A stretch of 63,542 nt of DNA, counting the filler, from a bacterium (lineage in GTDB: Bacteria > JAJRZV01): NCBI GenBank assembly GCA_024275095.1. It is 6 parts of 6 records of this genome, joined end to end, with 100 filler letters (N's around TTAATTAATTAA, not from the genome) between each part and the next. Parts side by side here need not be neighbours in the genome. Positions count along the whole stretch, not along the records: positions 1 to 15,157 come from JAJRZV010000066.1; 5 more parts are not named here. One strand, written 5' to 3'. Of this stretch, positions 1 through 9,551 are shown in pieces (position 1 is the stretch's first letter; each line of letters starts with the position of its first letter). The position numbers and the translations under genes are program-made. The notes under the pieces were generated by a model. It ran no database searches, was not told the origin of the DNA, and saw nothing but the letters and a program-made list of their open reading frames with translations.

Positions 1-1027
1 CATCTGTTCCATTTTCCTGTGTGTAAAAATTGAACAGCCCTTCGAGTCGCACACCTGTTCTCCAGCGCTTGGCCGGACGCCATACGACCTGAGAGTAAAA
101 ACCTCCCTGCAGACGGTCGAGAATATCCATTAAAGGCACCCCGTTATCTTTCAGTTCGTAGTGGTAGGTTCTGAACTTTCTCATCAGGAATTCGCTTTCC
201 CACGTAAGGCTTCGATAAGCATCAATAAAGTATTTCAGGGTGAACTCCGCTCCCGCGACGACTACACCCCCGGACGCTTCCATTTCTCCTTCATGACTGT
301 GTCGTCGCTTTCCCCACGCACCTGACAGCCCTCCCAAGAAAGTCAAATTGCCCTTATCTGCAGAGAACTTCAGGTATGCCACACACACGTTCGGAACAGG
401 TGCATCCTTGATACTGACATCGCCGATTTCAAACCCCTTCCAGCCAAAGCTCGCTTCATTGTCGCCCTGGAGTATTTCCAGGCCGAGCATAAGGTAGAAC
501 GGTAATGGTGCAATGTAATGCACCTGCAATCCCGTATCCACAAGCCCGTCATGTCCGAAAAATGCCTTGTAAATTTCAGGTAGCACTGCGAAATTCCACA
601 TATGTGCATGTTTTTCGTTGATTCTACCGAAGGCGCTTCTGAAGCGCCCACCTTTCAACTGAATTCCCCATCCAAGAGGCGCAGTAAAATACGCTTCTTC
701 CACCTCGACAGAATGAAGAGAAAAAGGAATTACTACCTGTAGCTGAAGATAAGGGTCGACAGGAGCATACAGCGAGAGCTCGCCGTAGTTGAAATTAAAA
801 CCCTGCGATTCGTTGAAATGCGCATGTCCGTGTTCATCACCTTCTTCGTGAGTTTCTGAAAAGCCCGGTATGGCAAAATGTTCTGATCCTTCTTTTGTGT
901 TTCTCCATACACCGGAGACATCTGCAATAAAAGCAATGTCAGGCACGAATTTACTTTGTGAAAAAGGATTGCTCCACGGCGTGGACGCAACAACAGCAAA
1001 TACCAGCAAAGCAGAGCTTACATTCAT
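1..1027 (-). CDS. Outer-membrane beta-barrel metal-uptake protein ('zinc-regulated TonB-dependent receptor'-like), 3' end runs off the window
   Basis: Not in the ORF track. Manual translation from ATG 1027 (SD AAGGAGGTGA at 1031-1040) is open to the window edge: MNVSSALLVFAVVASTPWSNPF...HEEGDEHGHAHFNESQGFNFNYGELSLYAPVDPY...VEVEEAYF...LKGGRFRSAFGRINEKHAHMWNF. Signal peptide, His/acidic loop and amphipathic beta strands. Confidence 0.85.
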   Translation of the reverse strand, partial: MNVSSALLVFAVVASTPWSNPFSQSKFVPDIAFIADVSGVWRNTKEGSEHFAIPGFSETHEEGDEHGHAHFNESQGFNFNYGELSLYAPVDPYLQLQVVIPFSLHSVEVEEAYFTAPLGWGIQLKGGRFRSAFGRINEKHAHMWNFAVLPEIYKAFFGHDGLVDTGLQVHYIAPLPFYLMLGLEILQGDNEASFGWKGFEIGDVSIKDAPVPNVCVAYLKFSADKGNLTFLGGLSGAWGKRRHSHEGEMEASGGVVVAGAEFTLKYFIDAYRSLTWESEFLMRKFRTYHYELKDNGVPLMDILDRLQGGFYSQVVWRPAKRWRTGVRLEGLFNFYTQENGTD

Positions 1028-1081
1028 GCTTCACCTCCTTTTTTTGAGAAAAAGTCAGGTTTTATAAAAAGAAGGGAAAGG

Positions 1082-1375
1082 TCAGTTTATGGGCGGCGAT
1101 CGTTCTGTCGGGACAAAAGCAACTGAAAAGAAAGCCCCTGATATTTCCGTGAGGACCGCTTCCCCCCGCTCGGACCACGAGCCTGTATTGTCGTGTATCT
1201 TTTGTGCCGCAGCATCAGTGTTGGGATGCATGCTGCACAGGGGACACGGCTGGTGTATGCCTGAAGAGGAATGGATGTGTGGTATGGCAGCGAGAAAAAT
1301 CCCCGTAGCCGCAATGGCTGCTACCACTACCTGTATAATGCGCCTTTGCATAAAGAAAATGATAACCTTTTTCAT
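1082..1375 (-). CDS. DUF2946/CruR-like upstream regulatory peptide
   Basis: N-terminal hydrophobic segment, HIH...HQPCPLC metal motif and C-terminal RSPP (RAPP/RGPP-like). Lies directly upstream of the metal receptor. Confidence 0.7.
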   Translation of the reverse strand: MKKVIIFFMQRRIIQVVVAAIAATGIFLAAIPHIHSSSGIHQPCPLCSMHPNTDAAAQKIHDNTGSWSERGEAVLTEISGAFFSVAFVPTERSPPIN

Positions 1376-1670
1376 TTATTGGCTCAATGCCACCGCGTGT
1401 TGCCCGGCTTGTTTTTTTCTGTTTTTTTACTTTGATCTCGCAAGAAGTGAAGGCATTAATTCCGTTGTGCCTGTTACCTGCTATCTTTGAGAAATAATTG
1501 CATTTTCCAGTGTAGAATTCATTCAGGTCTTGTTGTTGAATGGGAAATGAAGTCTCCCCGTATTTTTAATTTTTAACAAATTTTCCTGGATTAACCTCTC
1601 AGCTCTCGAACGGAGTCTTTTATTTCATATTTCATGGTGAAAAACTCGAGCGACAAGGATGGTTTAGCAG

Positions 1671-1699
1671 TTGACACCTTGTAACATTCCTGATATTTT
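1671..1699 (+). promoter_or_regulatory. Putative sigma70 promoter of the rpsP operon
   Basis: TTGACA-N17-TATTTT with a TG extension, about 40 nt before rpsP. Confidence 0.5.
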
Positions 1700-1738
1700 A
1701 AAAATTTAACGTTGATAACTCACGACAGGGGGATAAGA

Positions 1739-1984
1739 ATGGTAAAAATCCGCCTCAAGCGCTTTGGTAAGCGTAACAGACCTACATACAGAATTGTGGT
1801 GACGGACTCCCGCTCACCGCGCGATGGAAGAACTCTTGATGAATTGGGATATTATATTCCTTATCGGGAGCCTTCTGTACTTAAAATTAACCTTGAGGCC
1901 TATAAACAGTGGATTAATAAAGGCGCTCAGCCCACCCGCGCCGTGGAAAATCTGATTAAAATTCAAGAGCGAAATGTCCAATGA
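1739..1984 (+). CDS. rpsP: 30S ribosomal protein S16
   Basis: MVKIRLKRFGKRNRPTYRIVVTDSRSPRDG...LGYY...GAQPT. Confidence 0.97.
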   Translation: MVKIRLKRFGKRNRPTYRIVVTDSRSPRDGRTLDELGYYIPYREPSVLKINLEAYKQWINKGAQPTRAVENLIKIQERNVQ

Positions 1985-2012
1985 ATACGAATAACTTGCA
2001 AGGAGGGTCGCC

Positions 2013-2246
2013 ATGTTAAGGGAGATGGTGGAGCAAATCGCCAAAGCTATTGTGGATCACCCGGACCAGGTAAGGGTGAATGAAGTGGTGGGTGAACAGA
2101 CGACCGTGATTGAACTGAAAGTGGCCAAAGAAGATCTGGGCAAGATCATCGGTAAGGGAGGCCGGACGGCCAAGGCGATCCGGACTCTCCTGACCGCCGC
2201 GTCCACCAAGGACAGCAAAAGGGCGGTGCTTGAAATTCTTGAATGA
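2013..2246 (+). CDS. khpA: KH-domain RNA-binding protein KhpA
   Basis: [17 protein letters not shown] GxxG loop; conserved position between rpsP and rimM. Confidence 0.93.
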   Translation: MLREMVEQIAKAIVDHPDQVRVNEVVGEQTTVIELKVAKEDLGKIIGKGGRTAKAIRTLLTAASTKDSKRAVLEILE

Positions 2247-2761
2247 GCGATGAGAGGTACGTCGAGGTCGGCAGGGTTGTATCTCCTCATGGACTGAGGG
2301 GATGGTGCGTGTGTCGCACGTACAATGAGGAGTCTGAAACCCTGCGTACAGGCCTTGACGTCCTCCTCGTAAATCATCAAAAAAAAGAAGAAAAATTTTT
2401 AATAGAGAAGGTACAGCGTAAAGGGAAAGGTGTTTTTCTTATCAAATTTCAAGGAGTTGACAGCAGGGAACAAAGTGAAGCATTAAAGGGTGCAAAACTC
2501 CTTGTTTGCGAAGGTGCTCTCTCACCGCTTGCCGAAGATGAGTATTACTGGATTCACCTCATAGGTTGTAAGGTGCTCGATGAAGAAATAGGAAGTATTG
2601 GTGAGGTTGCAGAGATTATATCCACGGGTGCCCATGATGTTCTGGTAGTGAACGAACCCGGTGGTCAGGAGATTCTTGTTCCTTTCGTGGATGAATATGT
2701 GAAGGATGTAAATGTTAAGAGAAAAGAAATAACGGTAAGAAATCTCGATCGTCTCAAATGA
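2243..2761 (+). CDS. rimM: 16S rRNA processing protein RimM
   Basis: [41 protein letters not shown]; synteny. Confidence 0.95.
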   Translation: MSDERYVEVGRVVSPHGLRGWCVCRTYNEESETLRTGLDVLLVNHQKKEEKFLIEKVQRKGKGVFLIKFQGVDSREQSEALKGAKLLVCEGALSPLAEDEYYWIHLIGCKVLDEEIGSIGEVAEIISTGAHDVLVVNEPGGQEILVPFVDEYVKDVNVKRKEITVRNLDRLK

Positions 2762-3534
2762 TCACTTTTCACATTATTACTGTTTTTCCTCAATTTTTCC
2801 CCGAGCCTCTTTCCACCGGGTTGTTTGGAAAGGCACAGCAAAAAGGGATTATTAACATCGCACTTTACGATTTGAGAGACTATACCACGGATCCCCACCG
2901 GGTTGTGGATGATGTGCCTTATGGAGGCGGTGCTGGAATGGTGATGAAGCCGGAACCCCTTGCACGTGCCGTGGATGAGGTAAAAAAGCGGGCTCCAGAT
3001 GTTTTTGTCATCAACCTTTCTCCCCGGGGACTTCCATTCACACAAAAAGTAGCGGAGACCCTTGCAGAAAAGAAAAATATATGCTTCCTTTGCAGTCGGT
3101 ACGAAGGAGTTGATGAAAGGATTGTAGAACACCTCTGTGATGCGGAATATTCCATCGGTGATTACGTTTTACACGCGGGTGAAACAGCAGCGCTGGTCAT
3201 TATTGATGCGGTTTAACGACTGCAACCGGGTTTTCTGCACACCCGGGAGTCAATAGAGATTGACTCTTTTTCATCCAAAGGGATATTATCATTTCCTCAG
3301 TACACAAGACCTGCAGAATTTAGAGGGTGGAAGGTTCCCGATGTGTTATTATCTGGACATCATGAGCGTATTGCCAGGTGGAGGCGCAAGCAGGCTCTTC
3401 GAACCACCCTGCTCAGACGTCCAGATCTTCTCAAAAAGGCCAGGCTCGATGAACAGGATCGAAAACTTTTACAGGAAATTGAAAAGGAGTTAAACAGGGA
3501 GGTCAACAATGGATATCATCCGCGAAAAAATTGA
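2758..3534 (+). pseudogene. trmD: tRNA (guanine37-N1)-methyltransferase TrmD with an in-frame TAA at 3214-3216 (real nonsense mutation or sequence error)
   Basis: [26 protein letters not shown] and SIGDYVL precede the stop. The same frame continues [21 protein letters not shown]...[23 protein letters not shown]. Confidence 0.9.
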
Positions 3535-3982
3535 AAAAAAATATATGAAACAGGTGCTTCCTGATTTTCGACCGGGAGACACAGTGCGTGTACACTTCAA
3601 AATCAGAGAGGGTAATCGCGAACGCGTACAGATTTTTGAAGGTGTCGTCATTGCACGCAAAGGCAGTGGCGTTAATGAAACCTTTACCGTGAGGAAAATT
3701 TCTTATGGTGTTGGTGTGGAAAGGGTTTTCCCTGTTCATTCCCCACGAATTGAGAAGATCCAGATTGTCTCCAGAGGACGGGTAAGACGGGCAAAACTTT
3801 ATTACCTGAGAGAGCGTGTGGGTAAGAAAGCGAAGCTTCAGGCGATGAGAGAGGCTGATATTTCAAGAGAGCGCGTGTATTTCGAGCATCAGGAAGAAGT
3901 GCCTGCTGAAGAGAGTGCTCCCCACGTCCAGGAAGACGAAACCAAAACAGAAAAATCCCCGGAGGAAAGCGGGGAAGGCTGA
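3509..3982 (+). CDS. rplS: 50S ribosomal protein L19 with acidic C-terminal extension
   Basis: [44 protein letters not shown]. Confidence 0.97.
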   Translation: MDIIREKIEKKYMKQVLPDFRPGDTVRVHFKIREGNRERVQIFEGVVIARKGSGVNETFTVRKISYGVGVERVFPVHSPRIEKIQIVSRGRVRRAKLYYLRERVGKKAKLQAMREADISRERVYFEHQEEVPAEESAPHVQEDETKTEKSPEESGEG

Positions 3983-3993
3983 CTTTTTATCCC

Positions 3994-5850
3994 ATGCAGA
4001 TACTCGATTTTTTCTGCCAGGGAGTTGGACCTTTCAAAAACCTGTTTAAACTTAACACTGAAGGACGGTCTGTAGCGGTTGAGGGCCCTGGAGGTTCAGG
4101 AAAATCTATCATCGCGCGTGCCATCCTTGCGGTTCTTTACCCTGAATATTATCGCCGCATAAAGGATTCGCTTTACGCAGAAGGCAGCGAGGTAAGCCGC
4201 CTTGCCCTGACATTTCGTACAGGCGGAGAGATTTACCGAATCATTCGTGATCTCAATAAGGACTCTGTTCAGTTGATGAAATATGAGAAGGATGAAAAGA
4301 AGTTTTCTCCATATACTTCAGATGAGGATCAGATATCTCTACTGGCAACGGATTGGCGTCTTCCTGATTTGAAAACTTACTTAAAGCTTTTCTTTTTGGA
4401 TGGCTCTCGCATAGAAGATGTATTCGCTGAGGCAGCTCCTGTAAAGGCTGAAACTTCTGTTCAGGAGACATCTCTGGAATCCTTTCCAGGTGAAAGAAGC
4501 GGTGCAGGAGAAGACCGTGTCGCCCTTCTGCGGGCAGAACTTGAGAAAGCAGAAGAGATTCGTAAATTGGAGTTTGAGCTGGATGACCTCGAGCGTCGGT
4601 TGTTTGAAATGGAGGATAAAAAACGCAAGGCAGCGGGTCTTCAGGAGCGCATTGAAGGTTTGCGAAATGAACTGGAGCGTTACAAGTCTATTGAGCATCT
4701 TCCTCCGGATATTCATGAAAAAGTAAAAACCTATAACTCTGACCAGGAAAAACTGGCTCTTAAACTGCGAAATTTCGACGACCGCATTAACGAGCTTGAG
4801 GCACGCAAGCTCGTTCTGGAAGGCAATGTTCTATGGAAAGACAATAAATTCATAGCCGGCATTATACTTTTAATAGGCGGTGCGCTGGGCTTTTTCTTTA
4901 CTCCTGGAGAAGGGTCGTTCCGTATTCTTAAAAACCTGTTGCCGCTCCTTTCTGTGGGTGGGCTTGCGCTCGGGGTGTTTTCTGCATGGAAATTTCTCAG
5001 TGGCTCAGAAAGCTTAAGGGCCATCACGGAAGAGTTGGAAAAGCTCCGGCGCGAACGTCGCAAGCAGGAGAGCACATTCGAGATGGAGTATGCCATCATC
5101 CCCCAGATTATGAAGGAGTTTAATCTGAACTTTCCCGAAGAAATTATGGAAATCGTGGAAAGGAAGAAAGAGCTGGAGCAGGAGCTTCAGGAGCTGGAGG
5201 CCAGCATTGCCTCGTCCAATGGAGAGACGGGTCTGGAAGCTCTCGAGGAGGAAGAGCAGACATTACGGCAGCGTATTTCGGAAATAAAAGAGAGACTGAA
5301 AGAGCTGGGTCCTCTTATGGCGGCTGAAGAGGAAATACGGGATGAGCTGGAAGCGCTGGAAACGGGAGCCGGCCTTCTGGAAGCTCCCGGGGTACTGGAG
5401 GTCAGCGGGGGTGGTGTCCCTGCTGGTACGCTTATGCTGGAGGATGCTTTTCAGAATTTGTTTCACCGGGATTTTCCTTCTTTTGTCTTCGAGAATGCAG
5501 AGATGATAGGGCGTTTTCTTAAAGCATCCTCAGGCGGGCGCTGGGAAGGAGTAGATTATGGAACAGCCCTGTTACTTAAAGGAACGCAGGGAACCTTACC
5601 TGCGGCATATGCTTCCACAGCTGAAAAGGCGGCTCTCCTGCTCAGTATTATTCTTACCGTGAGAGTATGGGGACGTGAATCGTGCCCTGTGCCCCTTATA
5701 CTGGATTGTCCTGAAGCTCCCTTCTCCTCGAAAGAGCTACCTTTTGTTGCGCGACTGCTGGGGGAAATGTCCCGCCGAATTCAGATGCTTCTGTTTTACA
5801 GAAACGCAAACTTTGAGCCTCCCTTTGAAAAGCGTATCGCTTTGAAATAA
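3994..5850 (+). CDS. SMC/Rad50-like (YhaN-type) coiled-coil ATPase with two central TM helices
   Basis: Walker A GPGGSGKS, long coiled coils flanking two hydrophobic helices, degenerate C-terminal signature and Walker B (PLILDCP). Confidence 0.7.
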   Translation: MQILDFFCQGVGPFKNLFKLNTEGRSVAVEGPGGSGKSIIARAILAVLYPEYYRRIKDSLYAEGSEVSRLALTFRTGGEIYRIIRDLNKDSVQLMKYEKDEKKFSPYTSDEDQISLLATDWRLPDLKTYLKLFFLDGSRIEDVFAEAAPVKAETSVQETSLESFPGERSGAGEDRVALLRAELEKAEEIRKLEFELDDLERRLFEMEDKKRKAAGLQERIEGLRNELERYKSIEHLPPDIHEKVKTYNSDQEKLALKLRNFDDRINELEARKLVLEGNVLWKDNKFIAGIILLIGGALGFFFTPGEGSFRILKNLLPLLSVGGLALGVFSAWKFLSGSESLRAITEELEKLRRERRKQESTFEMEYAIIPQIMKEFNLNFPEEIMEIVERKKELEQELQELEASIASSNGETGLEALEEEEQTLRQRISEIKERLKELGPLMAAEEEIRDELEALETGAGLLEAPGVLEVSGGGVPAGTLMLEDAFQNLFHRDFPSFVFENAEMIGRFLKASSGGRWEGVDYGTALLLKGTQGTLPAAYASTAEKAALLLSIILTVRVWGRESCPVPLILDCPEAPFSSKELPFVARLLGEMSRRIQMLLFYRNANFEPPFEKRIALK

Positions 5851-6251
5851 TGAACACCCGGGATAAAGGTAAGAACTGGGAAGATATAGCAGAGGCCTAT
5901 CTGAGGAAGAATGGGTATCGTATTCTGGAAAGGAATTTTCTCTGCAAGGGTGGTGAACTGGACATCGTGGCTTTGAGGGAAGGTGAACTTGTATTTGTAG
6001 AGGTAAGAGGATTGAAATCTTCTCATTTTCTCTCTCCTGCGGAAACCATCTCCCGGAGTAAAATGCGGCGCATTATAAGAGCCGCCTCTGTCTTTCTTAC
6101 GATGCATGCGTTGAAAAAAATTAATTCCATACGTTTCGATGTTATTTCTGTTGACGGAGAGACAAGTGATGTTACAGAACACATTGAAGGTGCATTTGAT
6201 CTCGAAACAGCAGGATTTGACTCTTTAACTTTTGGAGGACTCTATGCCTGA
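5850..6251 (+). CDS. yraN: YraN/UPF0102 family endonuclease-like protein
   Basis: GKNWEDIAEAYL...GYRILERNF...GELDIVA...VFVEVR...RFDVI. Confidence 0.9.
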   Translation: MNTRDKGKNWEDIAEAYLRKNGYRILERNFLCKGGELDIVALREGELVFVEVRGLKSSHFLSPAETISRSKMRRIIRAASVFLTMHALKKINSIRFDVISVDGETSDVTEHIEGAFDLETAGFDSLTFGGLYA

Positions 6252-7503
6252 AATTGCACCCTTCAGAGCCTGCCATTTTAAAGAAGACCTCACTGACCGG
6301 TGGGATAATGTTTTTACACCCCCTTATGACATCATCAAGCACACGGAAAAAGAAAAATATCTCGAGCTCAGTCCATACAATGTCATCCGTTTGATATTAC
6401 CGTCTTCGCATCACCAGGCTCACAGGACCCTGTCGCGCTGGATAGAACAAAGTGCTCTCGTGGTGGAGGAGAATCCTGTTCTTTTTCAGATTGTGGAGAC
6501 TTTTGAATTCATGGGAACGATTTACACGCGCTGGGGATTACTCTGTACAATGCGTCTTGAAGATTTTTCCTCTGGAATGGTAGTCCCTCACGAGCAGACT
6601 ATTCCCGCGCATAAAAGAGATCGTTTGGAACTCATGAAAGCGGTAAAGGGGAATCTTTCACCAGTATTTGGAATTTTCGAAGGAGACGGATACTCTGTTC
6701 AGGACCTGCTCCGTCGTACAACCCGCCGCCTTCTCTACCGGTATCATGATTTTTACTCTACGATCAGAACTGTATTCCTCATAGATGATGAAAACACCAT
6801 CGCGTCTCTCCAGGAAAGCCTCCGTGACCGACGCATGCTCATTGCTGATGGCCATCACCGCTATGAAACAGCTCTTGCTTACAGAGACGCATACGCTACT
6901 TCTCCTCATTCGCCGGAAAATTATGTGCTTGTATATCTTTCTCCAGGCACCCAGCTCGGTCTGCGAATATTTCCCACACACCGGCTGGTGGAATTCAATA
7001 TCATGGGCGAAAAGCTCCTGCAGCGGCTGGGTGACGTTTTTGACATAACTCCTTCCACTGTACCTTCCGATGATGAGCTGTTAAAGACGCCTCCTGACGT
7101 TTTTTATATTTCTATGAAATCTGGCATCTGGCGTGTGGCATTGAAGAAAGGAGCGAGACTTGATTATTCACGCGAGGTGCATTCAGCCCTTGAAAGAGTC
7201 AATGCCGTAATAGTGGAACATTATATCCTTGAAGATATCCTCGGTTACAGCAATGCCGGCCAGAAGGGGCTGGTTCACTATTACCACACTGTATCCGAAA
7301 CATTGGAACACTTAAAAGTCGTGGAGAATGGTACCGCTTTTTTCCTCTCGCCCCTCAGTGTGGACGATGTATTTTCCATTGCATCCCAGGGGGTACGTTT
7401 CCCTCCCAAGACCACTTATTTTCATCCCAAAGTGCCTTCTGGTATCGCTTTTCATCTTTTCCAGCATCAGAGCCATTACAGAGGTGCTGACGCCGTTGCT
7501 TAA
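6244..7503 (+). CDS. DUF1015 family protein
   Basis: PPYDII, PHEQT, IADGHHRYETA, PTHR, PPKTTYFHPK. Confidence 0.9.
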   Translation: MPEIAPFRACHFKEDLTDRWDNVFTPPYDIIKHTEKEKYLELSPYNVIRLILPSSHHQAHRTLSRWIEQSALVVEENPVLFQIVETFEFMGTIYTRWGLLCTMRLEDFSSGMVVPHEQTIPAHKRDRLELMKAVKGNLSPVFGIFEGDGYSVQDLLRRTTRRLLYRYHDFYSTIRTVFLIDDENTIASLQESLRDRRMLIADGHHRYETALAYRDAYATSPHSPENYVLVYLSPGTQLGLRIFPTHRLVEFNIMGEKLLQRLGDVFDITPSTVPSDDELLKTPPDVFYISMKSGIWRVALKKGARLDYSREVHSALERVNAVIVEHYILEDILGYSNAGQKGLVHYYHTVSETLEHLKVVENGTAFFLSPLSVDDVFSIASQGVRFPPKTTYFHPKVPSGIAFHLFQHQSHYRGADAVA

Positions 7504-7568
7504 AAACGTTGAAAAGCACCACTAAGGCCCGCCAAAATTTAAGCACCACTGTATCAGGAGGTTGTATT

Positions 7569-9551
7569 ATGCATGGTGAGATAAAAAGAGAAATCTTCTG
7601 GAATATCTCGGTTGTGAGCAAGATTGTGTTCTACGTGCTGGTGGTGGTCACACTGGCTCTTTTCGCCTATGGAATGTACAGACGTGTAAAACTCTGGTTA
7701 CAGGGTCGCAAAGATGAAGAACAGGTGAATATCTCAGGGCATGTGTTAGATCTCCTGAAGCAGGTCTTCCTGCACGTAAAAATTTTGCGAGAGACATTTC
7801 CCGGTTCGCTTCATGCCCTTATCTTCTTCGGTTTTTTCCTTTTATTTATAGGGACTCTATTTGTGATGTTTGAGTACGACCTGGGGCATATGATACTTCG
7901 CCTCAAACACTACATCGTATTTAAGGGAAGTTTTTATCTGGTTTTCTCCTTTGTGCTTGAACTGGCCGGTCTTGCACTTATCCTGGGTACCCTGGGCATG
8001 ATTGTCCGGAGGTACGTGCAGCGCCCCGACCAGCTTGATAACCGTGCTGATGACTTATTGCTTCTTCTGGGACTTTTGCTGGTAGGCATTTCCGGCTTTT
8101 TCGTGGAAGGTCTCCGTATTGCAGCGAGCGGTGCGCCTCCTTTCGAAAAATACTCTTTTGTAGGATGGGGCCTTACCTCCCTCTTTTCCAAAGGTACGCC
8201 GGGTGTGAAGCTGGCGCACGAGATCGTCTGGTGGTTGCATGCAGCCATTGCTTTTGGTCTTATCGTTTACATCCCGTTTTCCAAGTTCAAGCATGTGGTC
8301 AATATTCCGGTGAACATTCTTCTTCGTTCTGATAAGCCCCGGGGTGCCATCACACCCATCAATATAGAAACAGCGGAACATTATGGTGCAGGGAAAATCC
8401 AGGAACTCACGTGGCGCCAGCTTCTCGCTGCTGACGCGTGTATCCGCTGTGGACGATGCCAGGCTTCCTGTCCAGCGTACACAACGGATAAGCCACTCTC
8501 TCCCAAAAACGTGGTACAGAAGGTGGTGGATGTGATGGAGGCTCAATCGGAAGAAACCTACATTCCCCAGCCTATTGATCCTGAAGAGATCTGGTCCTGT
8601 ACTACATGTGCTTTCTGCATGGAGCAGTGTCCTGCATTTGTCCCTCACGTGGACGTGTTCGTGGAAATGCGACGTTACATGATTATGCAGAATCTGCTGG
8701 CCGGGACAGGAGCCAAGGCCCTGCAAAAGGCCATGAATTCCGGGAACCCCTGGGGTTTGCCTCAGGATGAAAGGGAGGAATGGATTGGTGACCTGGAAGT
8801 TAGAAAGGCCTCGGAAGGCGATTTTGAATATCTTTACTGGATTGGCTGCGCTGGCGCATACGACCCGAGAAACCAGAAGGTTACCCGCGCATTTGTGCGA
8901 CTATTACAGAAACTCGGTGTGAATTTCGCCATCCTGGGTAATGAAGAAAAATGTACCGGTGATTTTGCCAGACGCCTGGGAGAGGAAGGTCTTTTCCAGA
9001 TGCTCGCAATGGAGAACATTCAAACTCTCCAGAAATACAATGTGAAAAAGATCATTACCACCTGTCCACACTGCTATAACACGTTGAAAAATGAATATCC
9101 GCAGTTTGGCGGTGAATTTGAAGTGTATCACCACACGCAATTCCTGGCCGAATACATGAAAACCAAGGGTCTTGCCCCCTCAGTTCGTATCAAAGAAGTA
9201 TTCATGTACCATGATTCCTGTTATCTCGGGCGATACAACAATATTTATAACGAACCAAGGCAACTTCTGAATATGGCTGTTGCAGGTGAAATACGCGAAT
9301 TTGAAAAGAATTACGATAAAAGTTTTTGCTGCGGTGGCGGCGGAGGTCACATGTTCATGGAGATTAACATCGGCCAGCGGATTAACCATGCGCGTTTCGA
9401 ACAGGCACTTGCCAAGAATCCAGACCGCATAACCACGGCCTGTCCGTTCTGCCTCATTATGTTTGACGACGCGTGCAAAACCAAGGACATGGAAGATACA
9501 CTGAAGATCCAGGACATATCGGAAATTTTACTGGAGAGCCTGGGAGATTAA
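7569..9551 (+). CDS. Membrane heme-b/Fe-S/CCG oxidoreductase (FadF/HdrF/EMO-like)
   Basis: NarI-like TM domain with His residues, CIRCGRCQASCP and CTTCAFCMEQCP clusters, and two CCG domains (CPHC; YHDSCYLGR...SFCCGGGGG...CPFC). SD AGGAGG precedes ATG 7569. Confidence 0.9.
   Translation: MHGEIKREIFWNISVVSKIVFYVLVVVTLALFAYGMYRRVKLWLQGRKDEEQVNISGHVLDLLKQVFLHVKILRETFPGSLHALIFFGFFLLFIGTLFVMFEYDLGHMILRLKHYIVFKGSFYLVFSFVLELAGLALILGTLGMIVRRYVQRPDQLDNRADDLLLLLGLLLVGISGFFVEGLRIAASGAPPFEKYSFVGWGLTSLFSKGTPGVKLAHEIVWWLHAAIAFGLIVYIPFSKFKHVVNIPVNILLRSDKPRGAITPINIETAEHYGAGKIQELTWRQLLAADACIRCGRCQASCPAYTTDKPLSPKNVVQKVVDVMEAQSEETYIPQPIDPEEIWSCTTCAFCMEQCPAFVPHVDVFVEMRRYMIMQNLLAGTGAKALQKAMNSGNPWGLPQDEREEWIGDLEVRKASEGDFEYLYWIGCAGAYDPRNQKVTRAFVRLLQKLGVNFAILGNEEKCTGDFARRLGEEGLFQMLAMENIQTLQKYNVKKIITTCPHCYNTLKNEYPQFGGEFEVYHHTQFLAEYMKTKGLAPSVRIKEVFMYHDSCYLGRYNNIYNEPRQLLNMAVAGEIREFEKNYDKSFCCGGGGGHMFMEINIGQRINHARFEQALAKNPDRITTACPFCLIMFDDACKTKDMEDTLKIQDISEILLESLGD

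Noticed and set aside
370-1067. ORFs 370-651, 733-999 and 870-1067
   Set aside because: Off-frame or antisense shadows of the receptor CDS at 1-1027 (-).
3214-3216. Stop-codon reassignment, or Sec/Pyl insertion, in trmD
   Set aside because: The codon is TAA (not TGA/TAG) and TAA terminates many genes in this window.
3260-3493. 77-aa ORF as a separate gene
   Set aside because: Off-frame overlap with the trmD C-terminal half.
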